A DNA stretch of 64,000 nucleotides, from assembly GCA_002840435.1 (NCBI GenBank), contig PHAT01000002.1:202696-266695 (forward strand). The letters are read 5' to 3'. The number at the start of each line of letters is the position of its first letter. The stretch's first letter is position 1. This document shows positions 41,545 to 50,746 of this stretch, in pieces. The notes below the pieces were generated by a model. The model saw only the letters and a list, made by a program, of their open reading frames with translations, made no database searches and had not been told where the DNA came from. This DNA comes from Deltaproteobacteria bacterium HGW-Deltaproteobacteria-6 (GTDB lineage Bacteria > Desulfobacterota > Syntrophia > Syntrophales > Smithellaceae). The translations under genes were made by a program, and so were the position numbers.

Positions 41545-44292
41545 TCAGCGGATTTCCCGGAAAGCGCGGGGGTTTTCTTTTTCCAGCCAGGGTTTAATGT
41601 TGATGTTTTCACCCCAGAATATTTTGGGATCGGGAGGCGTTTTTCCCCACCAGTTATTCCGGGCGTCAATGTAAATGGACGAGAAGCTCTGAATGGCCAC
41701 GGTGTTGTCGATAAAATTATTTTGAAAAATTTTGGGATTGGCCGAACCGACGCACGTAATGGCGCCTTCACCCTGATTTTCCGTAAAAGTATTGTAGGAG
41801 ATTACCGGTGTGGCGTCCTTGCGGCAATAAATGGCATTCTGGGAAGAATTCGCAATGTGGCTGTGAGATATTTCCGGCGATCCGGCGTAAATATCAAAGG
41901 CGGTCGCCGCATACTTTACAATGCAGAAGGCAAAGGAGCTGTTGACTTTGGTTGCTTCGGAAAACCGGACGGCACTGGTGTATAAGCCCGGTGCAGGCGA
42001 GGAGGAAGCGGCGGTAAACGTAATCGGCTTGTCTTTTGTGCCCCGCGCGAAAATGCCGCCGTTTACAGTGACGAAAGACGTTTTGGCATCAAATTCCAGA
42101 ACGACGCCCGGCTCAATGGTCAGCGTCGCCCCTCCGTCTATGATCACGTCTTTCGTGATGCGGTAGGGGCTGTTCGATAAGATCAGATAAGAATCCGTCT
42201 TGATCGTGCCGCCGAGAATTTTGTCCATGATGGATGCGGGCAAAACTTTTCCCTGCGGATAGGGGCCGTCAAGAACGGAATGAACATCAACGCGCCCCTT
42301 AATGCCTGCCAGGATATCCGCCATTTTCGAGCTGCCCCACCAGTTATCCAGTGCTTTTGCAGAAGCCCCTCTCATTTCACCGGCCAGATTGTAGGGCTGA
42401 TTATCAACCAGGTTGTTTTGCCGGATGACCGCCTGCGAGCCTCTGACCACAATCCCGCTGTTCTTGTTCCGCATGATCGTATTTTGCACAATTTCCGGTG
42501 CGGCGGACTGTACCATCAAACCGGTATTGTCGTTGTCATTAATCGCGTTTTCCAGAATCCGCGGTGCGGCGCCGTCGCTGACCGATATGGCGGTTCCCCT
42601 GTTTTTGTAAAGGGTGTTCCTGCTGATCGTCGGCTTGGAAAACGCACCCTGAATTTTAATGGCCTCATTATTTTGCGTGAATTCGGACTTTTCAATAACC
42701 GGTGAAGACGCCTGACAATTGACGGCTGTTTTCGCGTTTTTGATGTTGACAAACGACAGTTTATTTTCCCGGTCTTTAACGTTGGCAAAGGTGATCCCCG
42801 TCCACGGCTTATCCTCCTGAACCGAGTCAAAGCGGATAATACGATCGTTGTCGCCCTGGGCTGAAATCCGTCCTTCAATAATCAGTGCGCCGCCTTTGGA
42901 TTTGATTTCCGTTCCCGGTTCGATGGTCAAAAGCGCTTTATCTTTGACCGTTACATCCGATTCGATAATATAAGGACTGGCGCCGGCGTACCAGGTGGCA
43001 TCCGAATCAATCAGACCGGAAACCGCTGTCGGTCCCGGCGCAACCGGCATGCCCTGCGTCTGTGCCATCTGGCTTTCATTGCCGGCAAAGTCCACAGCTG
43101 TCACCCGGTAATAATATATTTTCGCATTGACCAGATTTTTACCGGTATCGGTAAACGTGTTTAATTCCGTTTTGCCGATCTGGATGTAGCCTGTGAGCGG
43201 TGTTTCGGAACGGTACATGATATAACCGGCCAGGTCCGCTTCGGGGGATTTATCCCAGCGGAGTTCGACCAGCTGATTGCGGCCGGTGCCGGTTACGTGA
43301 GCGGGTTTTGCAGGCGGTGTGGTATCGAGAGTGACGGATCCTATCGCATCCACCCATTGGGAGGTGTTTCCGGAATCATCCGTCAGATAACCCGTCACGA
43401 TGGCTTTTTCGATATTGTCTCCCGGTACAACTTTATAGACGCCGTAATAACCGCCCGGTTCGACTTCCTGCATCTCAATGCGCTTCCGGTATTGACCGAT
43501 GTCAAACCAGGCCTGCATTTTCGGCGCGCCCTGAATGACCACCTTGATTTCCTTGCCCGCGTTTTTCGGCAGTCCTTTGGAATCCTGGGTTAACAGGGTG
43601 ATGACCGGCGGACGTTTGGCTTCGGCCAGAGACGGGGTGGGAATCGTTTTGACCATGTCGCGGAACAGATCATCATTGGCTCGCAAAAGCTGGATATCGC
43701 GTACATTCATTGCCGTTGCAATGACCGTGGCGATGATGCCCACCGGGTTGGTGGATATGCCGCCTTCGTGCTTGCGCACCTTGTGTTTGCCGCTCCAGAG
43801 GAAATGGCCGGTTTTCGCGTCAAACATTTTAACTTCCGCGCCGACGGCAACCTGTGAATAGAGAACGGCAAAATATTTGTCGAAATCGGATATCTCTCCG
43901 AAAACGACCGCGTCCACTCCCAGGATTTCGCCCAGCTTCTGCGGCGGTGTTTTCCGGATGACGTCCGGATCGGTCAGCCCCGCTTTGGCCAGCAAATCGT
44001 CTACTTTATAGAGTTCCATGTCTTTGAAGGGAAGCGAACTGAAATGGTTATAGAAACCCCGCCGCATAGCCTTTCCCCCTTCCTTGCTGTCGGATAAATC
44101 CGTAAAGGGCAGGACGGCGACATACAGGGGAACATGATCTTTCATGGCGTCATCAATTTTATACTCCCCTTCATACAAAGACCGGATTTCGGGTGTGATG
44201 AGGGTGGATGACGTGGAAACCAGACAACTCTGAAGCATCAGAGCCAGAATAAGCATCAAACAACAGTATAAACGCTTGAAAAGGGTCCGCAT
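41545..44292 (-). CDS. Large lipoprotein: DUF799/GNA1162-like domain + fibronectin-III domain + right-handed parallel beta-helix repeats
   Basis: 915 aa with lipobox LMLQSC|LV. The N-terminal YVAVLPFTDLSDSKEGG...VDAVVFGEISDF is DUF799-like. The FN3 region is PPAKPAHVTGTGRNQLVELRWDKSPEADLAGYIMYRS...YYYRVTAVDFAGNES. The C-terminal roughly 500 aa consists of repeated N/G-rich beta-helix (PbH1/NosD-like) turns. Confidence 0.75.
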   Translation of the reverse strand: MRTLFKRLYCCLMLILALMLQSCLVSTSSTLITPEIRSLYEGEYKIDDAMKDHVPLYVAVLPFTDLSDSKEGGKAMRRGFYNHFSSLPFKDMELYKVDDLLAKAGLTDPDVIRKTPPQKLGEILGVDAVVFGEISDFDKYFAVLYSQVAVGAEVKMFDAKTGHFLWSGKHKVRKHEGGISTNPVGIIATVIATAMNVRDIQLLRANDDLFRDMVKTIPTPSLAEAKRPPVITLLTQDSKGLPKNAGKEIKVVIQGAPKMQAWFDIGQYRKRIEMQEVEPGGYYGVYKVVPGDNIEKAIVTGYLTDDSGNTSQWVDAIGSVTLDTTPPAKPAHVTGTGRNQLVELRWDKSPEADLAGYIMYRSETPLTGYIQIGKTELNTFTDTGKNLVNAKIYYYRVTAVDFAGNESQMAQTQGMPVAPGPTAVSGLIDSDATWYAGASPYIIESDVTVKDKALLTIEPGTEIKSKGGALIIEGRISAQGDNDRIIRFDSVQEDKPWTGITFANVKDRENKLSFVNIKNAKTAVNCQASSPVIEKSEFTQNNEAIKIQGAFSKPTISRNTLYKNRGTAISVSDGAAPRILENAINDNDNTGLMVQSAAPEIVQNTIMRNKNSGIVVRGSQAVIRQNNLVDNQPYNLAGEMRGASAKALDNWWGSSKMADILAGIKGRVDVHSVLDGPYPQGKVLPASIMDKILGGTIKTDSYLILSNSPYRITKDVIIDGGATLTIEPGVVLEFDAKTSFVTVNGGIFARGTKDKPITFTAASSSPAPGLYTSAVRFSEATKVNSSFAFCIVKYAATAFDIYAGSPEISHSHIANSSQNAIYCRKDATPVISYNTFTENQGEGAITCVGSANPKIFQNNFIDNTVAIQSFSSIYIDARNNWWGKTPPDPKIFWGENINIKPWLEKENPRAFREIR

Positions 44293-44483
44293 GGTGCAAC
44301 CTCCATTTCGGTAGGATTCCTGATGATTATATCACATACCCCGCAGAAATTCATTTTGAAAAAAATCATCTTTTCTATCACATGCTTTGATCGTTACCCC
44401 TGGCAAATCAAGCACCGTATTTCCCGGTTGTCGCAAACAGCCGGGACCGGTTGCTCTATTGCGTTGAGGATGGTCAGGTCGAA

Positions 44484-45365
44484 TTACTTTACGGTAAGAC
44501 TTGATTCGCTGCAACAGGTGCGGCTGGTAATCAATTTATAGTAATCCGAAAACGCCAGCTGCCAGGGCTGCATGCTCTTGCCGGTTGTCGTGACAAATTT
44601 TTTTGCACTCAGCACGCTATAAGCCGGTCGTTTGGCCGCCCGCTTTAATTCAGTGGTTTTCATCGGCAGTAATTCAACCGTATCCAGGCGCGCCTCTTTT
44701 AATATTTTTTTCGCAAAATCATACCAGGTGCAATTTCCACGGTTGGTGACATGGAAAATGCCCCGGGCGTTTTTATCCACCAGCAGTTCGGTTGCCGCCG
44801 CCAGATCCCGCGTGCAGGTGGGTGATCCCGTCTGGTCGTCCACGACGGTCAGTTTGCCGGTTGTTCTGGCCTTCTCCAGAATCGCCTGCACAAAGCTTTT
44901 CCCCTTTGCGCCGTAAAGCCAGGCCGTGCGGATCAGAATGTAATTGTCGGTGATCGTCCTCAGATAATTTTCGCCGGCCAGTTTGGATGCTCCATACATG
45001 TTCATCGGATTGCAGGCATCTTCTTCCTCGTAGGGGCGTCTGCCGGTTCCGTCAAATACATAGTCCGTGCTGAAATGAATAATGGTAATATTTTTGCCGC
45101 GGCACGCTTCGGCAATGTTCTTTACCGCTTCGGCGTTTGCGGCAAAGCATTCCTCTTTGGCCGTTTCGCAGCCGTCCACGTTGGTATAAGCTGCGGCATT
45201 GATGACCAGCTGCGGCTGCGTTTCCAGAACCGCCTTCCGGCAATCATCCGCGCGGGTGATATCGATATCGCCCAGATCCATGCCGGTAACGTCGTGCCTG
45301 TAACGAAACTGTGCGGCGAGGTCGCTTCCCAGCATTCCTTTATGTCCCAGTAATAATACTTTCAA
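44484..45365 (-). CDS. rfbD: dTDP-4-dehydrorhamnose reductase
   Basis: 293 aa. Rossmann fold MKVLLLGHKGMLGSDL, then INAAAYTNVDGCE, STDYVFDG and YGASKLAGE (the catalytic YxxxK). Confidence 0.85.
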   Translation of the reverse strand: MKVLLLGHKGMLGSDLAAQFRYRHDVTGMDLGDIDITRADDCRKAVLETQPQLVINAAAYTNVDGCETAKEECFAANAEAVKNIAEACRGKNITIIHFSTDYVFDGTGRRPYEEEDACNPMNMYGASKLAGENYLRTITDNYILIRTAWLYGAKGKSFVQAILEKARTTGKLTVVDDQTGSPTCTRDLAAATELLVDKNARGIFHVTNRGNCTWYDFAKKILKEARLDTVELLPMKTTELKRAAKRPAYSVLSAKKFVTTTGKSMQPWQLAFSDYYKLITSRTCCSESSLTVK

Positions 45366-45368
45366 TGT

Positions 45369-46106
45369 TCAGTATTTAACCTCTTTCAAAAAAAGGCCGC
45401 AGGCGGGTGCGGTAACCCCCGCGATGTTGCGGTCGCGGGAGTCTATAATTTCCCGCATCTCTTCCGGCTGCCGTTTGCCGCGGGCGACTTCCGTAAGGGT
45501 TCCCACGATATTGCGCACCATATACTTCAAAAACCCCTTCGCTTCCACTGTAATTTCGATTAACCCGTCGGAGCCGGTCTTAATGGTGATGGCGGTGATT
45601 GTCCGCACGCGGTCCTTAACATCCGTACCGGTGGCGCAAAAACAGGAAAAATCATGGGTGCCCGGCAGGTACCCGGCTGCTTCCCGCATCTTTTCAATAT
45701 TCAGTGGATAACGGATGAACCAGCAGTATTCGCGTCCCAGCACCGGTCTCAAGTTCTGATTGCAGATCCGGTAAACGTATATCTTGCTTTTGACATCGCG
45801 CTGGGCGTGAAAATCGATGGGAACTTCTTCGAGATGTTTGACTACCACATCCGGAGGCAGGATACTGTTGACGCCCCGGAAGATCTTTTCAGCAGGGAGC
45901 GATGTCAGGCTCTTAAAGTTGGCCACCTGATTAATGGCATGCACCCCGGCATCCGTGCGCCCTGAACCGACCAGGGTTACCTTGCCCGACGTGATTCTGC
46001 CCACGGCCTCTTCCAGAATCTGCTGAATCGAAATCCCGTTAGGCTGCCGCTGCCAGCCGCAATAAGCGGCGCCGTCATATTCCACAATGATTTTAAAGTT
46101 ACGCAT
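45369..46106 (-). CDS. truA: tRNA pseudouridine(38-40) synthase TruA
   Basis: 245 aa with YDGAAYCGWQRQ and the catalytic Asp motif GSGRTDAGVHA. Confidence 0.9.
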   Translation of the reverse strand: MRNFKIIVEYDGAAYCGWQRQPNGISIQQILEEAVGRITSGKVTLVGSGRTDAGVHAINQVANFKSLTSLPAEKIFRGVNSILPPDVVVKHLEEVPIDFHAQRDVKSKIYVYRICNQNLRPVLGREYCWFIRYPLNIEKMREAAGYLPGTHDFSCFCATGTDVKDRVRTITAITIKTGSDGLIEITVEAKGFLKYMVRNIVGTLTEVARGKRQPEEMREIIDSRDRNIAGVTAPACGLFLKEVKY

Positions 46107-46281
46107 GGTTTATTAATCGTACTTGCCAGTTTTTTCCAAAAAGGATAAGCAAAAAACCGGTGCCTTTCATCCGGTGCCATGTCTAAGCCGTGTTTTAATA
46201 ATTGTGATAGTAACTTACACGAAAAAGCGGGTCAAGACAAAAACAAACAAAAAAATATATAAAATATAAAGGAGACAACCG

Positions 46282-47853
46282 ATGAGCGACGAAGTAAAAC
46301 AGACGACAACTCAGGGGAAAATTCAGGATTTTGAGGCCAGGGTTCAGACGTTGATGAAGATGGGCGGTGAAAAGCAGGTTAAAAAACAGCATGACGGCGG
46401 CAAAATGACTGCCCGCGAACGCCTGGATTATTTATTTGACAAGGGAACCTTTCAGGAAGTTCAGCTTTTCGCGAAGCATCATTCAACCCTTTTCGGCATG
46501 GATAAGAAAGAAATTCCGGCTGACGGCGTCATTACAGGGTTTGGCAAAGTCAATGGCCGCACAGTTTTTGCCGCTTCTCAGGATTTCACCAGCGCGGGCG
46601 GCACCCTGGGCGAAATGCACGCTAAAAAGATCTGGAAGGTGATGGACATGGCCATTGCCGCGCAGAAACCCTTTATTGCCATTAACGATTCCGGAGGCGC
46701 CAGAATTCAGGAAGGCGTCCCTTCTCTGGAAGGCTACGGCGGCATCTTTTACCGTAATACGATCGCTTCCGGCTATATCCCTCAAATTACCGCAATCATG
46801 GGACCAACGGCGGGCGGCGCTGTTTATTCGCCGGCACTCACCGACTGGATCTTCATGGTGAAAAACACATCTTATATGTACATCACCGGCCCGGAAGTCA
46901 TCAAGGCGGTAATCGGCGAAGACGTGAGCCAGGAAGACCTGGGCGGCGCCGTGGCTCATGCCTCAAAAAGCGGGGTCTGCCATGTCGTGACGGAAAACGA
47001 CGCGGACTGTCTCGATAAAATCAAAATACTCCTGTCTTATCTGCCCGACAGCTGCAATATCCCCCTGCCTGCCGCACCGTCAACCGACAGCCCCGACAGG
47101 GAATGCCCCGAACTGGATAAAGTGATTCCGGATAAGGCAAACCGCGCCTACAACATGAAAAACGTCATCAAATCGATAGCCGACCATGGTGAAATGTTTG
47201 AACTGCACGCCCAATGGGCGCCAAACATCATTGTTTCCCTGATACGCATCATGGGCAAGCCGGTGGGTGTGATTGCCAATAATCCGATGGCTTTTGCGGG
47301 CGTCCTCAACGTCAACGCTTCGGACAAGGCGTCGCGTTTCATCCGATTCTGCGACGCCTTCAATATTCCGCTTCTGACCTTTGCCGATGTTCCCGGCTAC
47401 ATGCCCGGCACCGATCAGGAATGGGCGGGCATTATCCGCCACGGGGCGAAACTGCTGCACGCTTATTCGGAAGCGACTGTCCCGAAAATTACGGTGGTGA
47501 CCCGCAAAGACTATGGCGGATCTTATATCGGCATGTGCTGCAAGCAGTTAGGGGCGGATTACGTCATGGCGTGGCCGACGGCGGAAATCGCGGTGATGGG
47601 AGCCGAAGGCGCCTGCAACATCATTTACCGCAGCGAGATTAAAGCGGCGGACGATCCGGCCGCCAAACGGGCCGAACTGATCGCGGGATACGAAGAGAAA
47701 TTCAATAACCCGTATTTTGCGGCGTCACTGGGGGCCATTGAAGAAATTATCCTTCCCCGGGAAACGCGTAAACGCGTCATTGCGGTGCTCGATGCCATGA
47801 AGGATAAAAAAGAGGCGCGTCTGGAAAAGAAGCATAATAATATACCGCTGTAA
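46282..47853 (+). CDS. Acyl-CoA carboxylase carboxyltransferase subunit (propionyl-CoA carboxylase beta / methylmalonyl-CoA decarboxylase alpha type)
   Basis: 523 aa with TARERLDYLFDKGTF, INDSGGARIQEG, MGPTAGGAVYSPALTD, and FCDAFNIPLLTFADVPGYMPG. Confidence 0.9.
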   Translation: MSDEVKQTTTQGKIQDFEARVQTLMKMGGEKQVKKQHDGGKMTARERLDYLFDKGTFQEVQLFAKHHSTLFGMDKKEIPADGVITGFGKVNGRTVFAASQDFTSAGGTLGEMHAKKIWKVMDMAIAAQKPFIAINDSGGARIQEGVPSLEGYGGIFYRNTIASGYIPQITAIMGPTAGGAVYSPALTDWIFMVKNTSYMYITGPEVIKAVIGEDVSQEDLGGAVAHASKSGVCHVVTENDADCLDKIKILLSYLPDSCNIPLPAAPSTDSPDRECPELDKVIPDKANRAYNMKNVIKSIADHGEMFELHAQWAPNIIVSLIRIMGKPVGVIANNPMAFAGVLNVNASDKASRFIRFCDAFNIPLLTFADVPGYMPGTDQEWAGIIRHGAKLLHAYSEATVPKITVVTRKDYGGSYIGMCCKQLGADYVMAWPTAEIAVMGAEGACNIIYRSEIKAADDPAAKRAELIAGYEEKFNNPYFAASLGAIEEIILPRETRKRVIAVLDAMKDKKEARLEKKHNNIPL

Positions 47854-47940
47854 AATAAGGTTCGGGGTTCATACCCTAAAGAGCACTCGTAACCCTGCGG
47901 GTCACCTTACCCCCGCGGGGCACAAGCAATTTAAAGTTGC

Positions 47941-47982
47941 AAAGGCAGGGAACGGTTTAGTCGCCGTTCCCTGCCTTTATTT
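47941..47982 (+). terminator. Rho-independent terminator after the carboxyltransferase gene
   Basis: GGCAGGGAACGG-tttagtcg-CCGTTCCCTGCC followed by TTTATTT. An A-run precedes it, so it could act bidirectionally for the convergent gene at 48018. Confidence 0.8.
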
Positions 47983-48017
47983 CAGCTTGCTTTTCTTATG
48001 CAGATCATCTTCCGCTC

Positions 48018-49208
48018 TCATGTTGACCTTTGGCGGCTCATCACGGATATGATTTGATTGAGAAGCCACTCAAAGCTGTATTTGCCGTGGGCTTTGTCCC
48101 AAAGTTTTAAGATGGGGTAATAGAGAATCACGAGCAGAACGGCGAGGGCAAGGGCGACAGGCGTGCTGGTCAGTTCCCGCAGATAGTATTTCCCCGTTGA
48201 TAAATGGATGAGGCGCAGGGGGATGAAGAATAAGGCAAAGTGGGTAATATAGATGGTCAGTGAGTATTTGCTGATCTGCCGGCAGTAGGTCAGGAATATG
48301 CCAGGTTTTGCGGTTTTGCCGGGCTGCCGGTCGAAGATGTTCCACAGCACGGTGAAAAGGATCAGCACAACGCCCAGAAGAAACAGATTCATGCTGAACG
48401 ACAGGGGATAAAACGACAGCGGCGTGATATGTTCTTTTTGCACGAAGAACGGCGGCGTGATCGAGCCCGCATAGGCGGTAACCATCCCCATAAAGGCAAA
48501 CATGATTCCGATAATGATCAGAAACGGGGTATCGGAACCGAGGCGGTTTTCCGTCAGCCTCCTGCCGATGATGAAACCGATAATCGGATAGATGATCCAG
48601 GGGAGCAGGGGGAATTGTCCGGTCAGGAAAAATCCTATGAAGTTGTTGAGAAATGATGGCCCGCCGTCGTAGTCCTTCAGGGGATCAAAAAGGAGATTGG
48701 GAAAGAAATCCGATATCCACCGGACGCTGACGAATTGGCCCCCGTAAAACTGAGCGATATCGGTTAAGGATCGAAGCAATGGTGTCGTGAAAAGAACGGC
48801 TGTGCAGACCAGAAGCAGCGCCCAGGACGGTACCCGGCGGCAATACAGCAAGACAACGGTCATAAAACCGATGAAGGTTAGAATATCCCAGTCCCACATT
48901 TCTTCATAACCCTGAACGATCAGCAGAAATAACAATCCGAGGATGAAAATAGCCGTACCGCGAATCCATACCCGGCTGTCGTTTAATCCCTGATCGGCGC
49001 CCCGTTTTTTTGCTGAGATGACCTGACTTAAACCGACAAGGAAAACGAACCATGAAGCGCCGAAATCACCGCCCAGCAGGTGATTGGTCAGAAAGTACAG
49101 CATGGCATCCGTTCCTTCGCCGCTCGACAGAAAGATGGGATAGTGGCAAATCACCATGGCAATCAGGGCCAGCGCCCTCAAAACATCGACGGAATCCAGT
49201 CTGTTCAT
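48018..49208 (-). CDS. DUF1624/heparan-alpha-glucosaminide N-acetyltransferase-like polytopic membrane protein
   Basis: 396 aa with about 10 TM helices. The N-terminal RLDSVDVLRALALIAMVICH is typical of this acyltransferase-like family. The call is by eye. Confidence 0.6.
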   Translation of the reverse strand: MNRLDSVDVLRALALIAMVICHYPIFLSSGEGTDAMLYFLTNHLLGGDFGASWFVFLVGLSQVISAKKRGADQGLNDSRVWIRGTAIFILGLLFLLIVQGYEEMWDWDILTFIGFMTVVLLYCRRVPSWALLLVCTAVLFTTPLLRSLTDIAQFYGGQFVSVRWISDFFPNLLFDPLKDYDGGPSFLNNFIGFFLTGQFPLLPWIIYPIIGFIIGRRLTENRLGSDTPFLIIIGIMFAFMGMVTAYAGSITPPFFVQKEHITPLSFYPLSFSMNLFLLGVVLILFTVLWNIFDRQPGKTAKPGIFLTYCRQISKYSLTIYITHFALFFIPLRLIHLSTGKYYLRELTSTPVALALAVLLVILYYPILKLWDKAHGKYSFEWLLNQIISVMSRQRST

Positions 49209-49280
49209 ATTTCATCGCCTCGAAAGAGTTTTTCACCAAAAACAAATTGCGTTAACCATCAGGTATCCGCCATGGCCGGG

Positions 49281-50252
49281 CTATGAATCCGTGCCCCTGG
49301 TTTTATTTGCGTAATCCGCATTTGAAGAGTTGAGAGTCCCGTTCACGGCGGCATTCTTGACGGCAAATTCCAGCAGAACGTCAAGCTCCGGTAGTTCATG
49401 TTTCAAGTCTGATTTAATATCATGACGGATTTTATCGATGGTTTTGATGTCATAATCCTGTTGTGCTTCAAAACGGACGTCCATGTATAATCTTCGTCCG
49501 GACTTGCGCAATCTCAGCCACTCAACGGCGGCCAGCCCGTGCTTTTCACAGCAGAATTGGGCCAGACCACTGACCCTGTCCATGATTTCCTTGGGCGGGC
49601 AGGCGTCGGTCAGATCGGACAGGCTGTTCCTGAGAATCTTGAACGGCGAGACAATGAAAAGCAACGCGATGGCAATGCACGTCAGCGGGTCCACATAGGA
49701 GGTGTATTGTTCCCAGTTCGGATACTGTTTCATGATCCAGCCGATACTGAAGGCCGTGCAAACGCCCAGGCTGACCGTCCCCTCCATTAACCACAGTTTG
49801 CTGTCGGTGACCAGTATTTCAGAACGCCACTTCTTTCCGGCATACCGCATGTACAACCCCATTCCAAGACAGAGGAAAACGCTGATTGCCGTAAACACCA
49901 GAATGGCGCCGACGTGTTCTACCGGATCCGGGTGGATCAGATCCTGCACAGCTAAAGTGATGCTCATGAAACACAGGAACAAGAGCAGCAGACCGTCCGC
50001 TGCGGTCATGAGAGGCTCGAGCTTGGCATAACCGAAATGATATTTTTCGTTGGGCGGTTCATTCAGCTTTCGCACGACGAGGACCGCCGCGAAAGAGACG
50101 AACATGTCGATCACGCTGTAGGCGCCGTCAAGCAGCATCGTCATCGAGTCGCTGATGAGGGCGATGATTACGGCGGCAACAGCATAGACGACCGTTAATC
50201 CCGTTGCCACGTTGAGAAGCCGCAATTCATTTCTCTTGTAAGATTCATTCAT
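49281..50252 (-). CDS. Cation diffusion facilitator (CDF) family transporter
   Basis: 323 aa from the ATG at 50252; the track's start at 50291 is a TTG. The six-TM N-terminal half has SDSMTMLLDGAYSVID and HFGYAKLE, followed by a cytoplasmic C-terminal domain. Confidence 0.8.
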   Translation of the reverse strand: MNESYKRNELRLLNVATGLTVVYAVAAVIIALISDSMTMLLDGAYSVIDMFVSFAAVLVVRKLNEPPNEKYHFGYAKLEPLMTAADGLLLLFLCFMSITLAVQDLIHPDPVEHVGAILVFTAISVFLCLGMGLYMRYAGKKWRSEILVTDSKLWLMEGTVSLGVCTAFSIGWIMKQYPNWEQYTSYVDPLTCIAIALLFIVSPFKILRNSLSDLTDACPPKEIMDRVSGLAQFCCEKHGLAAVEWLRLRKSGRRLYMDVRFEAQQDYDIKTIDKIRHDIKSDLKHELPELDVLLEFAVKNAAVNGTLNSSNADYANKTRGTDS

Positions 50253-50746
50253 GGCAGTTACATCTTCCGGTAAAGCGATGTCGCATTGCAATAAAACGGC
50301 TCAATTGCCAGGATGACATTCCGCATCTGATCATTTCCGTTTTCCGGCAAATGATAACCGGCCTGTCCATGCCTTTACCATATGTTAACTTAGTGTTCAG
50401 CTGTTTTTTGACGATGCTTATCTGCAATCGGGCTGTTTCCGTATGGCCTCCAAGATTTAAAATATATTGATTTTTACAATATTTTTCGGGCGAGTTTAAG
50501 GCCCCTGCTGAAAATATGCGCGAGCATGAACAGATTTCATAAAACATTAAGTATTTAACATAATTATAAATATTTCTTGCAAATAATATGGTATCTGCTA
50601 TGGGAAATAACCAACGTTCAATGTATTCTTCTGAGCGTTTTGCTGCCGCGGATGTGATTCAGGCGTCCTGTTGCAGTTTAAAAAATAAATATTCGAAGAG
50701 TGGATCACTCATCGATAAAAAACAAAAAAATTTTAAGGAGGCAAAT

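Noticed and set aside
41379-41771. 130-aa minus-strand ORF
   Set aside because: It overlaps the 3' end of the 915-aa lipoprotein gene out of frame and runs through its terminator hairpin.
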